From contig NC_043000.1 in NCBI RefSeq assembly GCF_006345805.1, positions 15,686,001 to 15,750,000 on the forward strand: a DNA stretch of 64,000 bases, given 5' to 3'. Numbering within the stretch: position 1 is the first letter of the stretch; the number at the start of each line of letters is the position of its first letter. The notes below the pieces were generated by a model. It had not been told where the DNA came from. It worked only from the letters and a program-made list of their open reading frames with translations, and ran no database searches. The stretch is from Octopus sinensis (lineage: Eukaryota). Shown piece after piece: positions 1 through 12,704 of the stretch. The translations under genes were made by a program, and so were the position numbers.

Positions 1-397
1 ACCTTCTGCAACTAATAATAAATCAATGCTTGATATTGAGCTCTATTAAGTGGCTGTGGAGGATTAGAAATGAAACTTCTCTTTTTCTCAGCCTCTTTCC
101 ACTTTTGCCTTTTCCTCTTTATGTTTTTCACTTCTTCAAAATAAATATTGGTGTTTTTGCCATTGCTGACACCATCACCGCCACCAAGTTGCAGCATGGT
201 AATTTCCTATTTTTATTTTTCACTTTACCTTCATGCAATTATCTCTCTCTCCCCCCCCCTCTCTATCTCTCTCATCATTATCGTTGTGGAGTAGTTTTCA
301 ATTGAATTAATTATAACCACTGAAATTAGTGGAATTGAGCAAGAATTTCAGTAAACGTGGTGCCTTTGTAAGCCCAGCTAAATAACATTGCTATTTC

Positions 398-586
398 TTC
401 TTCTTCTTTTTCTTCTTCTTCTTCTTCTTCTTCTTCCCCTTCATCTTCTCCTTCGTCTTCTTCTCCTTCCTCCTCCTCTTCTTGTTCTTCTTCATTTTCT
501 TTGTCTTCTTCTTCTTCTTCTTCTTCTTCTCCTCTTCCTCCTCCTCTTCTTCTTCTCCTCCTCTTCCTCCTCGTCATCATCATCAT
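398..586. repeat. (CTT/CTC)n microsatellite
   Basis: Imperfect CTT/CTC trinucleotide run; source of the poly-Glu and poly-Leu ORFs. Confidence 0.95.
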
Positions 587-904
587 ACAATTGTGGGACC
601 TTGATGTTCTACATCTAACACTGTAGCGATTGCATGTGTTTTGTGTTGTGAATGCTTAAGCAGCCATGCAATTTTCTAATGAGCATTAAATATTTGAAAA
701 AACCATTGTAAATATTCTGCACATTGAAAGCAAACAAGCAGCTAAAATAGGCTAAATATTGAAACCAACTTAAAATTCTTTTCATACGTGTGGTTTTAGT
801 TTTCAATGCTGTAAATCTAAAGAGGTATTCATTTCTCATAAACATCAAACTTGCCCTTAATCACCAATATCTGAATCTTCGTTTCGTCTATTATATATCT
901 GTGT

Positions 905-1560
905 TCATCATAGTATCATCATTCTATGTGCACTTTTCTATGCTTGTATGGGTTGGTTGGAGGTTTTTGAGGCAGATTTTCTACTGCCAGATGCCTTTCC
1001 TGTTACCAATCCTCACCTTTTCCCAAGCAGGCTAATATTTCCCCATGACAACTCATGTTTTTACAGTATATTGTTAATGATTGACACTGCTTGTATGACA
1101 GTGGCACTCATTTACAGCTGTTATGCAATGTCGAGACAAGGAGATATAAGCATACACACACACAAGTCGGCGAACTGGCAGAATCCTTAGCACACCGGGC
1201 AAAATGCTTAGCAGTATTTCGTCTGTCATTACGTTCTGAGTTCAAATTCCGCCGAGGTCGACTTTGCCTTTCATCCTTTCGGGATTGATTAAATAAGTAC
1301 CAGTTACACACTGGGGTCGATATAATCGACATAATCCGTTGTCTGTCCTTGTTTGTCCTCTCTGTGTTTAGCCCCTTGTGGCTAGTAAAGGAATAGATAT
1401 AAGCATACACACACACACACACAGAGAGGCTTCTTTCAGGTCTCATCTACTAAATCTATTCATATGGCTTTGTTCGGCCCAGGGTTATAATAAAAAGCAC
1501 TTACCCAAGGTGCCACATAGGGGGACTGAACTTAGAACCATGTGGTTCATATCATGGTTT
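905..1560 (-). mobile_element. SINE family F (tRNA/CORE-like head, (CA)n, Meta-like domain, RTE-type (ATG)n tail), interrupted by a family C SINE
   Basis: Head CCCAAGGTGCCAC...AACCATGTGG at 1500-1555 and tail ...CACTTTTCTATGC at ~905-945; similar to the copies at 3.9, 30.1, 41.3 and 43.8 kb. Confidence 0.75.
1165..1394 (+). mobile_element. SINE family C (Nin/Deu-like core), full length with 23 bp TSD
   Basis: Core GTTCAAATTCCGCCGAGGTCGACTTTGCCTTTCATCCTTTCGGG; AGATATAAGCATACACACACACA duplicated at 1142-1164 and 1395-1417. Confidence 0.9.
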
Positions 1561-1834
1561 TAATTAAGTAGAATGCCATGCTGCAGGAAGAATGAACAGG
1601 CATGCTCATGGAACTAACTAGTGAGGTCGATGACGTGATGTTTAGCTTCAACTTTTGTCTGTAAGAAGAGCTTGAGCAAGGTTTGAGATCTTGGCAGTTG
1701 CAGTTCTGGGGAAGAAGCACCGAGCAAAGTTCTCTTGAACAATTCTGATAGTGAAAGGCCCCGATGGATCTAACCGAGATGAGTCAATAAGAGAGAAAGT
1801 CTGTAATTAGAAAAAGAACTATTGAAATGTTTAA

Positions 1835-2418
1835 CCCCTTACCCGGCAGAAACGAATATATGCGTTTTGACCAAAATCGTTTTTTCCTATCTCTGGCGAG
1901 TTAACTCGTCAAAGGATAGACTCACCAAAATCGACAGCAAACGAGTTCCTTTGTCTATTATAAACTCTTTTTTGACATATACGAGTATATTCGCTCACTT
2001 TATACGTCTGGCAGTGACGATTTCTGCCACCTTTTGCTTGAGTAAGGCATTGAAGACCGAGTATGATTTAGTCACCTGGAGACAGTCGAAGGGTTGGAAG
2101 GCACATTTTATGAATAGAAGTATTCACTTTGCTTTTACATTGTTTTTTTTTATACTTTTATATTATAACTCCACCATGTCGATAACCAAATAAAATAACA
2201 TGATTTTTTGTAAAAGTAATATGATTTATGAAAAAAACAGGTTAACTCGTTTCTGCCCAAAGCGGTAATTTAAAATCAATATTATTGAATTAAAATTCAT
2301 AATAAATAAGGTTTGAAATATACCTCGAAATCACCATTCAAAACATAGTAAAATAAAACAATTAAAAAATATGTCTGAAAAAATACATTTATTTTCAAAA
2401 TAATTGTTGGGTAAGGGG
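1835..2418. mobile_element. piggyBac-type MITE (TTAA target)
   Basis: TTAA at 1831-1834 and 2419-2422; 10 bp TIR CCCCTTACCC/GGGTAAGGGG; subterminal inverted GGCAGAAACGA/TCGTTTCTGCC. Confidence 0.85.
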
Positions 2419-2557
2419 TTAATGAAGATAAGAGCTAACTATGGAGTTTACAGTTTGAGATGGAAGGTCACCATCAGGACCAGTTGCTTTGTTGAGGTGG
2501 TTTTGTTGTTTGGTATTTGTTGTTATTGTTGTTTAACTCAAAATTAACCCTGATTAA

Positions 2558-2777
2558 CCCTTTTGTTACTGTATTTATTTTGAGGTTCTCTGTGTTACTT
2601 TCAATTACTTTAGATATAACAAAGAATTTAGTAAAATAACTTAGTTATCATTCAGCTAGTGTTAGGAACATAAATTGTAACTAAGGTTTGGTGGTATACT
2701 TCAATTTAAAACTTATGAAAACAAGACATTTGTACTCAGATCCAGAGCCAGTTTCAGCCGGGTTGGTAACAAAAGGG
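2558..2777. mobile_element. TTAA-flanked MITE, 220 bp family
   Basis: TTAA on both sides; 12 bp TIR CCCTTTTGTTAC/GTAACAAAAGGG; homologues at 31.8 and 32.1 kb. Confidence 0.9.
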
Positions 2778-3214
2778 TTAAGCAAACTTGTGATTGAATA
2801 CAAACCAACTATGATCAATTCCTTCTTTTTTTAGGGTTGTAAAATACATGAAATGATATGTCTTTTCTTAAGACATTAGATTGCGATTTGAGGGAGATTA
2901 AAATTTTTCCTAGCAAGATAACTTGGTGGCTATGTACACAATTGTGTGACAGGCACAGCTGACAGGAGAAGGAATTTTATTTGTTTGTGTATGTTCAAAA
3001 GCAAAACGGGCAGCAAGTGTGTTGGATTTACCTGCAGAGGTGTAAGTATTACAGGGTCATTGCGTAGGAGGACTTTGCAAAGTAAGCAGTGAACAGATGG
3101 CTCAGCTGCAATTTGGGAGGTGAGAGATCTTGCAACCTGGGTTGATGTATAATGGCATCTTTCATTTTCTTAATGGCCATTTATAGGCATTGCAATGGTA
3201 TATAAAAGTCTCTC

Positions 3215-3430
3215 TTTTACTTGTTTCAGTCATTTGACTGTGGCCATGCTGGAGCACCGCATATTAGTCGAGCAAATCAACTCCAGGACTTATTCTTCAT
3301 AAGCCTAGTACTTATTCTATTGGTCTCTTTTGCCGAACCGCTAAGTTACAGGGACATAAACACACCAGCATTGGTTGTCAAGCGATGTTGGTGGGGACAA
3401 ACACAGACACACAAACATATACACACACAT
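3215..3430 (-). mobile_element. SINE family B, 3' half
   Basis: TTGTTTCAGTCATTTGACTGTGGCCATGCTGGAGCACC tail, ending in (CA)/(TA)n. Confidence 0.85.
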
Positions 3431-3461
3431 ACATACATTATATATATATATAGACTTTAGC

Positions 3462-3838
3462 ACTAGGTCCACAATTTCGAAGGGGGATGAGTGAAGTCAG
3501 TTATATCAACCACAGTGCTCAGCTGGTACTTACTTTATTGACCCTGAAAGGATAAAAGGCAAAATTGAACTTGGTGGAATTTGAACTCAGAACATAAAGA
3601 CAAACAAAATACCATTAAGCATTTTTCCCAGCATGCTAATGATTCTGCCAGCTCACTGCCTTAGTTTGAGAATATATTCTTTTCTTCTCTAGGCACAAGG
3701 GCTGAAATTTTTTGGGAGGGTGCCAGTCGATTAGATCAACCTCAGTATTCAACTGGTGCTTAATTTATTGACTTCCAAAAGAATGAAAGGCAAAGTTGAC
3801 CTCGGCAGAATTTGAACTCAGAACACAAAGACAGATGA
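3462..3838 (-). mobile_element. Two adjacent SINE family C copies
   Basis: GAAAGG..AAAGGCAAA...GAATTTGAACTCAGAAC core seen twice (~3545-3595, ~3780-3825). Confidence 0.8.
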
Positions 3839-3905
3839 AGTTTGAGAATATATTGATCGTAAAATAGGAAAGCTTGTGCTAATCATAATCTGATTGGCAC
3901 ATACC

Positions 3906-4119
3906 TTATCATCATCATCATCATTTTAATGTCCACTTTTCCGTGATTGCAAGAATTGGACAGAATTTTGTTGTTGGATTTTCTACAGCTGGATGCCCTT
4001 CTTGTCACCAACCTGTTTTCAAGAATATCAGAAATGAAGACACCACCTGCATAAGGGTGACACTCGTTTATAACCATCATGTGATGTTAAGGCAAAGAGA
4101 CAGTAACACACACACACAC

Positions 4120-4156
<37 letters not shown>

Positions 4157-4425
4157 CTCTCTCTCTCTCTTGCTCTCTCTCTCTCTCTTGCTCTCTCTCT
4201 CTCTCTTGCTCTCTCTCTCTCTCTTGCTCTCTCTCTCTCTCTCTCTCATACACACACGCATTTTACACATGAGCATGCATGCGTGATGGGTTTCTTTCAG
4301 TTTCTGCGTACCTTATCAATTTACAAGATTTTGGTTGGCTTGGAGCTATAGTAAAAATCACTTGTGCAAGGTTCCATTCAGTGCAATGAACCAGAATCTT
4401 CTTGTGGTTGGGAAGCAAACTTCTT
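3906..4425 (-). mobile_element. SINE family F with expanded (CT)n
   Basis: (CAT)n + GTCCACTTTTCC tail; CTACAGCTGGATGCCCTT motif; (CT)n with periodic TTG interruptions at 4105-4250; decayed head at 4290-4425. Confidence 0.75.
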
Positions 4426-6538
4426 GTCAAACCTGCACCTATTGTGTATTTCCTTTTCTTGTTTTATCAAAAATAAACTCAATTCAATACCCGCTTATGT
4501 TTTGATATTTTGCAGAGGAAAGGAACATGATTCATAGGATGTCACTCACATCTCCTTGAATAAGGAGGCACAGTCTATTTGCCCTACTAAAATAATATCA
4601 ATTAAAAAAACAGGAATATTTGAGAAACGCCAGGTAAATTTCTTTTCTTTTCTTTTGTTTGTTTCCTGCTTTTTTTGTTTTATTTTTCAAATGTTAAAAT
4701 AATGGTAAAAAAAAATAAAAGAGGGAAATTGAGAAAGGGTAAGAAAATAGAAAAAGGGGATGGGAAAATACTTAAATATTACTTTAAAGGAATTACTTTG
4801 AAGTTGGGATTTCTATAAAAATCTTCTGCTTAAGCGTTGTCCCTTTTGAATTTGCTTCACATATACACAGTGTGTGTGTGTGTGTGTAAGACAGATGTTC
4901 TTTCTTTTACTGTCTCTGTCTCTCTTTCTTTCTCTCTCTCTCTCAAAAACACACACACAGCCAGCCCACCAATAAAACAGACAACGAGGAAGTTTTTACA
5001 TGGCCATTCAACATGTTAGAAATAGTAAATCATGCTAGTTTTAAAAAAAAAAACCACAAGAACATATCGGGTAATGTATTCCTGGTTGCACTATGCCTGA
5101 ATAAGATTGGATGGTCAGAGCTGGAATGCTTTTGATTACAGGTGTGCTTGATAAGGTTAACCTAAGGATAAACAACATTGGCAGATTGATAATGTATTCT
5201 GACGTGTGTACTTCCATAATTGCACCCTAATTTCAACACATCATTATCATCATAATCGATCATTTAAAACAGTTGACTTCAGTTTATATTCTGGAAATAC
5301 GGAGAATCATTAATCTTTTGTTTTTACCCCAACAAAGCCGAGAATATATAAAGATCCTTCAAAAGTCACATAGACTCAGAGTTCATAGTTTCTGTGGCAC
5401 ATATATTCCCCACTGGACACACACAACTCATATACATATATACTTTTACACACATCCCACCAGATGTGTGTATGTGTCAGCCGAAATTGCAAGGATGATC
5501 CGGTTCTTGACTGAAGATTAGAGGCTTCGAATGACCCGTCCGTTTTTTTGTGTCTTCTATTTGAATGTTTTGCGTTCTTGTCCCATTTTGTATTTTTATA
5601 TATATTTTTTATACATACACATATATATATATATATAAACTAACCATTAGGGTCTGATGAGACATGTAAAGCAAAGCACTTAATGGACACAAAACCCTGG
5701 GTTTTATGATTTACTGACAATATATGTGGTGTGTGTATAGAGAGAAAGAGAGACAGACGGACAGATAGATTACACATACACACGCACTAGATTACATGTA
5801 TATGCACACAAGCATTGCACCAAAAATACAAATGCATGCACACTTCACATCCATATATTCATACATGATATATGTACTATGCATACACATTAACAGAACA
5901 CATACAATCAGGCACATATGTACACAGTGTTGATATACATACTTGCAAAAACACCCCTACACTTTACATATACTCACATCCCCGTTACACTCTAACACAA
6001 AACAAAACCAGTGTTGGAGTTAGATTTCTTGACCCCATTAACCTTTTTCTTGACCTCATCAACCTTTTCCTTGACCTCATTAATCATTTTGTTGATCTCT
6101 TTATTGACCTTTTTGCTGGCTTTGAATGCATAAAGATGAGGCCATCAATACTTATTTACTCACAACTCATGTTGTTACATTCTTACTCCAGTAACTATTG
6201 TCAGACTGTCAAACTATTGTTATTATCTCAATAAGATGTGTCAGTCAGAAGTTTTGTCTACACTTTAATAAGTAGCCTTTCGTTACTATCATTTGCGTTT
6301 TATGATGAAAAGGTGAGCAGCAAAACTTAATGAATTGTTAAATGACAATGAAACTAGTTAGTGCGATTCTCATCCAAGCTTAATTTCACACCAAGACTAA
6401 ATATATATGGATATGAGACTGAATATATATTTATTCATAACCCCCTGCTATATTGCTATTTTAGTAATTATTGTATCAGATACCTTAAGTAGTAAATCAA
6501 GTACCTTAAGCAGCACATCAACAATATTATTAGGTATT

Positions 6539-6932
6539 AGGTGCAGGAGTGGCTGTGTGGTAAGTAGCTTGCTTACCAACCACATGATTCCGGGTTCAGT
6601 CCCACTGCGTGGCACCTTTGGCAAGTATCTTCTACTATAGCCTTGGGCCTACCAAAGCCTTATGAGTGAATTTGGTAGATGAAAACTGAAAGAAGCTTGT
6701 CGTATATATGTATATATGTGTGTTGTGTGTGTGTGTGTTTGTCCCCCCAACATCGCTTGACAACCGATGCTGGTGTGTTTGTGTTCCCATAACTTAGCAG
6801 TTCAGCAAAAGCGACCAATAGAATAAGTACTAGGCTTACAAAGAATAAATCCTGGGGTCGATTTGCTCGACTAAAGGTGGTGCTCCAGCATGGCCGCAGT
6901 CAAATGACTGAAACAAGTAAAAGAGTAAAGAG
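6539..6932 (+). mobile_element. SINE family B (tRNA-derived head, CORE-like domain), full length
   Basis: A-box TGGCTGTGTGG, B-box GGTTCAGTCC, CORE-like GGCACCTT.GGCAAGT, internal (TA)/(TG)n, tail GAAACAAGTAAAAGAGTAAAGAG. Confidence 0.9.
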
Positions 6933-6944
6933 TATACCAAGACG

Positions 6945-7165
6945 ACAGACTGGCTGAATCATTAGCATGCTGGGCAAAGTGCTTAGTGGCATTTTGTCTG
7001 TCTTTACATTCTGAGATCAAATTCTGTCGAGGTTGATTTTGTATTTTATCCTTTTGGGGTTGATAAAATAAATACCAGTTGAGTACTGGGTTCAATGTAA
7101 TTGACTTACTCCTTTTCCCCAGACTTGTTGACCTTGTGCCAAAATTTGGAGCCAGTATTATCAGG
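6945..7165 (+). mobile_element. SINE family C, diverged
   Basis: Degenerate CTGAG.TCAAATTCTG..GAGGTTGA core. Confidence 0.75.
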
Positions 7166-7594
7166 TATGCCTGATCAAACCTGATAATTAACTAGTACAT
7201 AAGACATACATCAGACATAGTGTCATGTCAAACCTTTTGTGTAGGTAAGATGATACACTAAATTGTACATTCGACATATAATGTGTCATATCAAATGCTT
7301 CGAGGATACATCAGATGTCTTTAAAGATATATTATATACTTCAGGTAGTGCATTAACAATAACTGATACAAGAACAATGTTATTTTATCAGATGTACACC
7401 AAATGCATGCAATTGTAGTGGCATAATACAAATTTCTAACTACTTATTCGGTTATTATATACCCAAATATCTTCGATACACCATTTGTCGTAATAATTAT
7501 AAATCCCAAACATGTCTCTATTCTTTGTTGGTTGTTTGGTAACTCTATCAACTCAGGTAACCATTATTTCTATAACAAAAAACAGATACCAATA

Positions 7595-7870
7595 ATCATC
7601 ATCATCATTTAACGTCCACTTTCCATGCTAGCATGGGTTGGACGATTTGACTGAGGTCTGGCGAACCAGACTCCAATCTGATCTGGCAGAGTTTCTACAG
7701 CTGGATGCCCTACCTAACGCCAACCACTCCGAGCGTGTAGTGGGTGCTTTTACGTGCCACTGGCATGAGGGCCAGTTTGGTGGTACTGGCAACGGCCACA
7801 CCCAAATGGTGCTTTTTATGTGCCATCTGCAGAGGAGCCAGTCCAGCGGCACTGGCAATGACCTCGCTCG
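7595..7870 (-). mobile_element. SINE family A (Meta-like domain, RTE tail)
   Basis: (CAT)n TTTAACGTCCACTTTCCATGCTAGCATGGG...CTACAGCTGGATGCCC; ends in ~60 bp repeat units. Confidence 0.9.
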
Positions 7871-8444
7871 AATTGACGACCTCGGGATATTTCATTATGT
7901 GTAGCACAGTTCCAGCTAGCAGCTAAGTCCAGTTTCAAGATTGTCCCACTGCTTTTCTTTGACCAAGAAGGACAGACAATTTCTATTTGACTCATGACCT
8001 CAGTGAAAGGGGTTGTGTAGTGGATGAAACTGAAAGGGCTGCATACAGACACCTTTTTCTTTGGCCAAGCTCTCAACTTTTTCAAGTTTCATTGAAAAGT
8101 ACAATGAGGATAGAAAAGGGAGGTGCTGAATCTCAGCAAATTTGTTGAAAGGTGGTTGAGAGTAGCATACATGGTCTGAGTGAATGGGCCTGCCCTGCAT
8201 ATGTGCCTGTAGATAGGTGACGGTATGCTGGGAAAGGGCACTTGCCTTAGTGATCACTGTGACTTGGTCTGGGTTCTTGAGGTTGTGGGGTCTACAAGTA
8301 GCTCTCAAAGGTTTCCTTCCTTTTGGGAACTATTTCTGTGTTTTCTTCTTGTTTACTCCTCTTTTTCATATTATCCCACTCTGTATCATCCTCTACCACC
8401 CTTAGTTTTTTTATCAACTCATGTGGTTAATAAAGAAAGCATTA

Positions 8445-8493
<49 letters not shown>

Positions 8494-8690
8494 GGTGGTA
8501 AGCTGGCAGAAATATTAGCATGCCAGATATAATGCTTTGTAACATTTCTTCTTGCTTTATGTTCTGAGTTCAAAAAATCACCTAGGTTGACTTTGTCTTT
8601 CATCCTCTCAGGGTTGATAAATTAAGTACTGGTGAAACAAATGGGGTCAATGTAATCAACTAATCCCCTTCCCCAAAACTTCAGAAAGAA
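8445..8690 (+). mobile_element. (ATT)n followed by SINE family C
   Basis: ATT run at 8445-8492; C core at 8560-8630. Confidence 0.8.
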
Positions 8691-8749
8691 TTATTATTAT
8701 TGTTCATATACACACAACAGATTAGACTTGGAAAAGAAAAATTCCTAAC

Positions 8750-8925
8750 ATCAGGCTACAACAAATAAACTTGGATATCAAGAACCCTCTGAAGTATCCT
8801 AGCTCTCCCTAATAACACTGTTTTCTGGAGCTGTACTAAACTTGATGTTTTGCCCATTTCTTCTATCTATCTTTTCAAATCTTCAGAGATAGTTTCTAAT
8901 GCACCTATAGCTACTGGGATACATT
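8750..8925 (-). mobile_element. R4/Dong-like LINE 3' end remnant
   Basis: Minus translation IPVAIGALETISEDLKR*IEEMGKTSSLVQLQKTVLLGRARILQRVL matches the C-terminus of restriction-endonuclease LINEs; ATT repeats on both flanks. Confidence 0.75.
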
Positions 8926-9043
8926 ATTATTATTATTATTATTAGTAGTAGTATATAGAGTGAGGGATCAGCAAAATCAGTAGAGCATCTGACAAAATGC
9001 CATGTACTATTTAGTTGTAGTTCTTTACATTCCTCCATGATTT

Positions 9044-9370
9044 CATCATCATCATCGTTTAATGTCCGCTTTCCATGCTAGCATGGGTTGGACGATTTGA
9101 CTGAGGATTGGCAAACCAGAAGGCTGCACCAGGCTCCAATCTGATCTGGCAGAGTTTCTACAGCTGGATGCCCTTCCTAAAGCCAACTACTCTGAGAGTG
9201 TAATGGGTGCTTTTATGTGCCACCGGCACGAAGGCCAGTCAGGCGGTACTGGCAACAGCCATGCTCAAATGGTGCACAGGAGCCAATCTAGCAGCACTGG
9301 CAATGACCTCGCTTGAATGTTTCTTCACGTGCCACCGGCATGGAAGTCAGTAAGGCGACGCTGGTAATGA
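9044..9370 (-). mobile_element. SINE family A
   Basis: Same tail and core as the 7.6 kb copy; about 3 head units. Confidence 0.9.
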
Positions 9371-10448
9371 GTGCTGGGGTCAATTTAGTTGACTAACTTC
9401 CTCCCCACTAATGTCAGGCTTTGTGCCTAAATTAGAAACAGTCAGAATAATTAGCTTTGTTGTGTTTTTATCTTTGGATTCATGTTACTTATTAACATAA
9501 TTTATTTACTTGGGAAAAGACAATTTCCTCCTTGGTTTCATGTGACAGTAATTAAGATAAGCCTACTAGATTATGAAAAAACATTGCATATGAGAACTTT
9601 TGACCATCTCAACAAATAGGTGCAGGCATGGTTGTTTGGTTAATCCTCTTGGGACACCTGGCTGATTGATTGGCGTTTCATGGTTTACTAACTCAGCAAT
9701 TCCTTTATAGGTCCCAGTGGTTAAGGACATCAGGTGGAACCACGTCCGGTTTCAGCACCTACTCCTCAACAATTTTCTAAAGTGGCGGGGGCCCCCACGT
9801 TTCAGAGCTGTGTTTAGCTCTAGTGTTGAGTGCGATTTTTTTTTTTGTTCTTTGGTTGTGTCATCTTCCTTGTGGTGTCAACAAATTTCAGCAAGCAAAT
9901 GACCACCCTGCCAAATTTACCTTTAAATACTCACCGTTAGATGCCAGCTAACTGTCACATGACACAATCTAAGCTTCAACAGCTGGTATCGACTAACTGT
10001 CACATGTTGCAGTCTACTGACCAATAGAGGGGAAGCATGCATAGTTTTGGCCTGCTCCCTCTCTATACCTACCTTTCTACAGCTCCAGTAGCCAGAGCCA
10101 ACTGGCTGTCTCATGGTAGAAGCCTTTGAACTTTCGGGGATACAAGTTGACCCAATGAAACAAATGCTGTGAATGGTTGGTTTTGAAGTGTAACAGCCAA
10201 TCGTCTTTCAGTACATTTTTTATTTGTTTTGTCACATAACATTTGTACTTATTATTTTGACCCAATGAAACAAATGTTGTGAATGGTTGGTTTTGAAGTG
10301 TAATAGCCAATCGTCTTTCAGTACATTTTTTTGTTTGTTTTTCCACAGAAACATATATGCTTATTATTTTATTTATTTACACGTATTGTATTGTTTTAGA
10401 TTTTCTTATTGTGATAGATGTATTGTACTGTTTATAAACTTTCATAAT

Positions 10449-10677
10449 GTAGTTTGTCCATCGATGCAACGAAGACCATCTAGTCATCCTGGGGTGGGGG
10501 TGGGCTTGTTTTATGAGTCCGTAGATGGCTAGTGAGGCCAATCTGCGCCCGAAAGAATCTTTGACAGCGTGGACAGGGAATGGTAGTGCCTGCTACAGAG
10601 TAGTTAGCTCTGTTCTTCCTGGCTTGTCTGCGGTCTTCTGCAGCAGCGATCCTATTGGTCTCGCATGTGTTGGCGCT
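10449..10677 (-). mobile_element. RTE/BovB-like LINE 3' end
   Basis: Minus translation ETNRIAAAEDRRQARKNRA...CPRCQRFFRAQIGLTSHLRTH is the terminal zinc finger typical of BovB-like RTEs. Confidence 0.85.
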
Positions 10678-10965
10678 TTCATAATATATATATAGAGAGA
10701 TTTACACAGTAATAAAGTAGTTTTAGACACTTTATCCTTAATTTTCTACATGCACCTATCAATTTCAGTCTCAAACAGAAAATATTTGGGTCTTTTTGGC
10801 TACACATACCAAAACACTGTGTGTCCTCAAAAGGGTTGAGAAGCTTGCTTTGTAACCACATGGTTCCAGGTTCAGTCTCACTGCCTGGAATCACAGGCAA
10901 GCATCTTCTGCTATAGGCCTGGGCCAACTAATGCTGTTAAGTAGACAGAAACTTGTATACACATA

Positions 10966-11114
10966 TGTGGTAAGGAGCTTGCTTACCAACCACATGGTTC
11001 CGGGTTCAGTCCCACTGCAGGGCACCTTGGGCAAGTGTCTTCTACTATAGCTTCGGGCCAACCAAAGCCTTGTGAGTGGATTTAGTAGACGGAAACTGAA
11101 AGAAGCCCGTCATA

Positions 11115-11179
<65 letters not shown>

Positions 11180-11402
11180 GTGTGTGTTTGTGTGTCTGTG
11201 TTTGTCCCCCCAACATCGCTTGACAACCAGTGCTGGTGTGTTTATGTCCCTGTAGCTTAGCGGTTCGACAAAAAAGAGACCAATAGAATAAGTACTATGA
11301 TTACAAAGAATAAGTCCTGGGGTCGATTTGCTTGACTAAAGGCAGTGCTCCAGCATGGCCACAGTCAAATGACTGAAACAAGTAAAAGAGTAAAAAAGAG
11401 AA
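10966..11402 (+). mobile_element. SINE family B, preceded by a head fragment at 10830-10930
   Basis: Head, long (TA)n, body and GTAAAAGAG tail. Confidence 0.9.
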
Positions 11403-12704
11403 AGTATCACTGCATAACAACCAGTGTCAGTTTGTTTACACCCACTTAGTGGTTTGGCAAAAGATTCAAAATAAGAACTGACATCAATTTGTTTAATCAT
11501 ACCATTGAAGTGGGTGCCCCAGCAGGCTACAATCCGATGGCTGAAACAAATAAAGATAATGCATTGTTTTCTAATATTGTTGTTAAATTTCACTTTATTC
11601 TATTTAACAATCGTTATTGAAAGACAAGCAGTTTAACAATTCCTATCAATTTGATTAGCTGTTATTTTCATATATCCGTATATTGGTTAGTTTTTATCTC
11701 CCAGAATTCTTCTGTTGCTATTCAACACGAGGTTTCCCTGTCAATTAGCTGCAGGAAACTTCTTGTGTGGTGTGGAATGATTATTTTTATTGTTTATTAA
11801 AATTTAATTTTGTTTGATTAATATTTTGATTTCAATGTCTTTCATTTCCTGTTCAGCAAAGTTTCAACCTTGCCAGGTTAACATGGCTCAGTCAGTTCAC
11901 AGATTTTTTATAATTCTCTTCTTAAAGAGTGGAAATGCATTTTACTTTTTTTATTTTTTTTTATTTTTTGTTTCCTTCTTTTAGTTAAAATTCACTTATC
12001 ACTATCAGGCAAATTGAATAGTATGCCTTTCCTAAGGTTACTGTACAATACCTGTGACAAGATTTGAAATCTTGACCTTTTAATTAAATTAACCTCTAAC
12101 CACTTCACAGTCATGCATTCAGGTGAAATTCTTGTATATATATTTTTTCTTCTGCTGTTTATTTTTGCCATCAATTAAGCTTCCATTGATTTATTCCTAT
12201 CCTAATTTCTTGCAAATCAAATATTCATTTGCACAAAGATAGGAATTTTAGTCTGCTTTAGTGTTTCTCTTCTTGTTTCACTGATGCACGGGTTCTTTTG
12301 TTGCCATCGAATGGAGTGGATACTGGCATTCAAGTTATGCAACAGGAATCAATCTGTTAATCAAAAGTGTTATCTGGGCTCACTACATTGCATGTTGAAT
12401 ATCTAAAATAAGAATTGCATGCTGTGATGCATGAAGCTCGTGTGCTGATAAAAATCTATAAGATCAATAATTCATTCTGGCTCTAAATCCATGGTAACTA
12501 TTTTTATTAAATTGATTTTACTAAGTAGCAAATGAGATTGGTTCAGCAAGTAAATCACTAATAAATATTTTGGACATTATTTTGTATAGATTTCTCTGAG
12601 AACTGGTTCAAGCAATCTGTATGCATTGTGGGTTAATACTGCTTAATACTGCTTACTGACTTAATACTGTTACTGTTGCACCTTAGTAGTTATAGAGTCA
12701 GGAG

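Larger units (their letters stand above)
1570..3200 (-). mobile_element. Decayed CR1/L2-like LINE fragment, split by two MITEs
   Basis: Minus-strand remnants NKATGPDG (~2470-2500) and KSNTLAARFA (~3000-3030); many stops. Confidence 0.5.

Noticed and set aside
326-618. Poly-Glu and poly-Leu ORFs
   Set aside because: Translations of a CTT/CTC microsatellite.
5505-5545. CTGAAGA...GAAT hammerhead candidate in a TA-abutting element
   Set aside because: GAAA box and stem III are not satisfied; at most a decayed relic.
5644-5686. CCATTA..CTGATGA..TAATGG hammerhead candidate
   Set aside because: No GAAA box and no stem II pairing.
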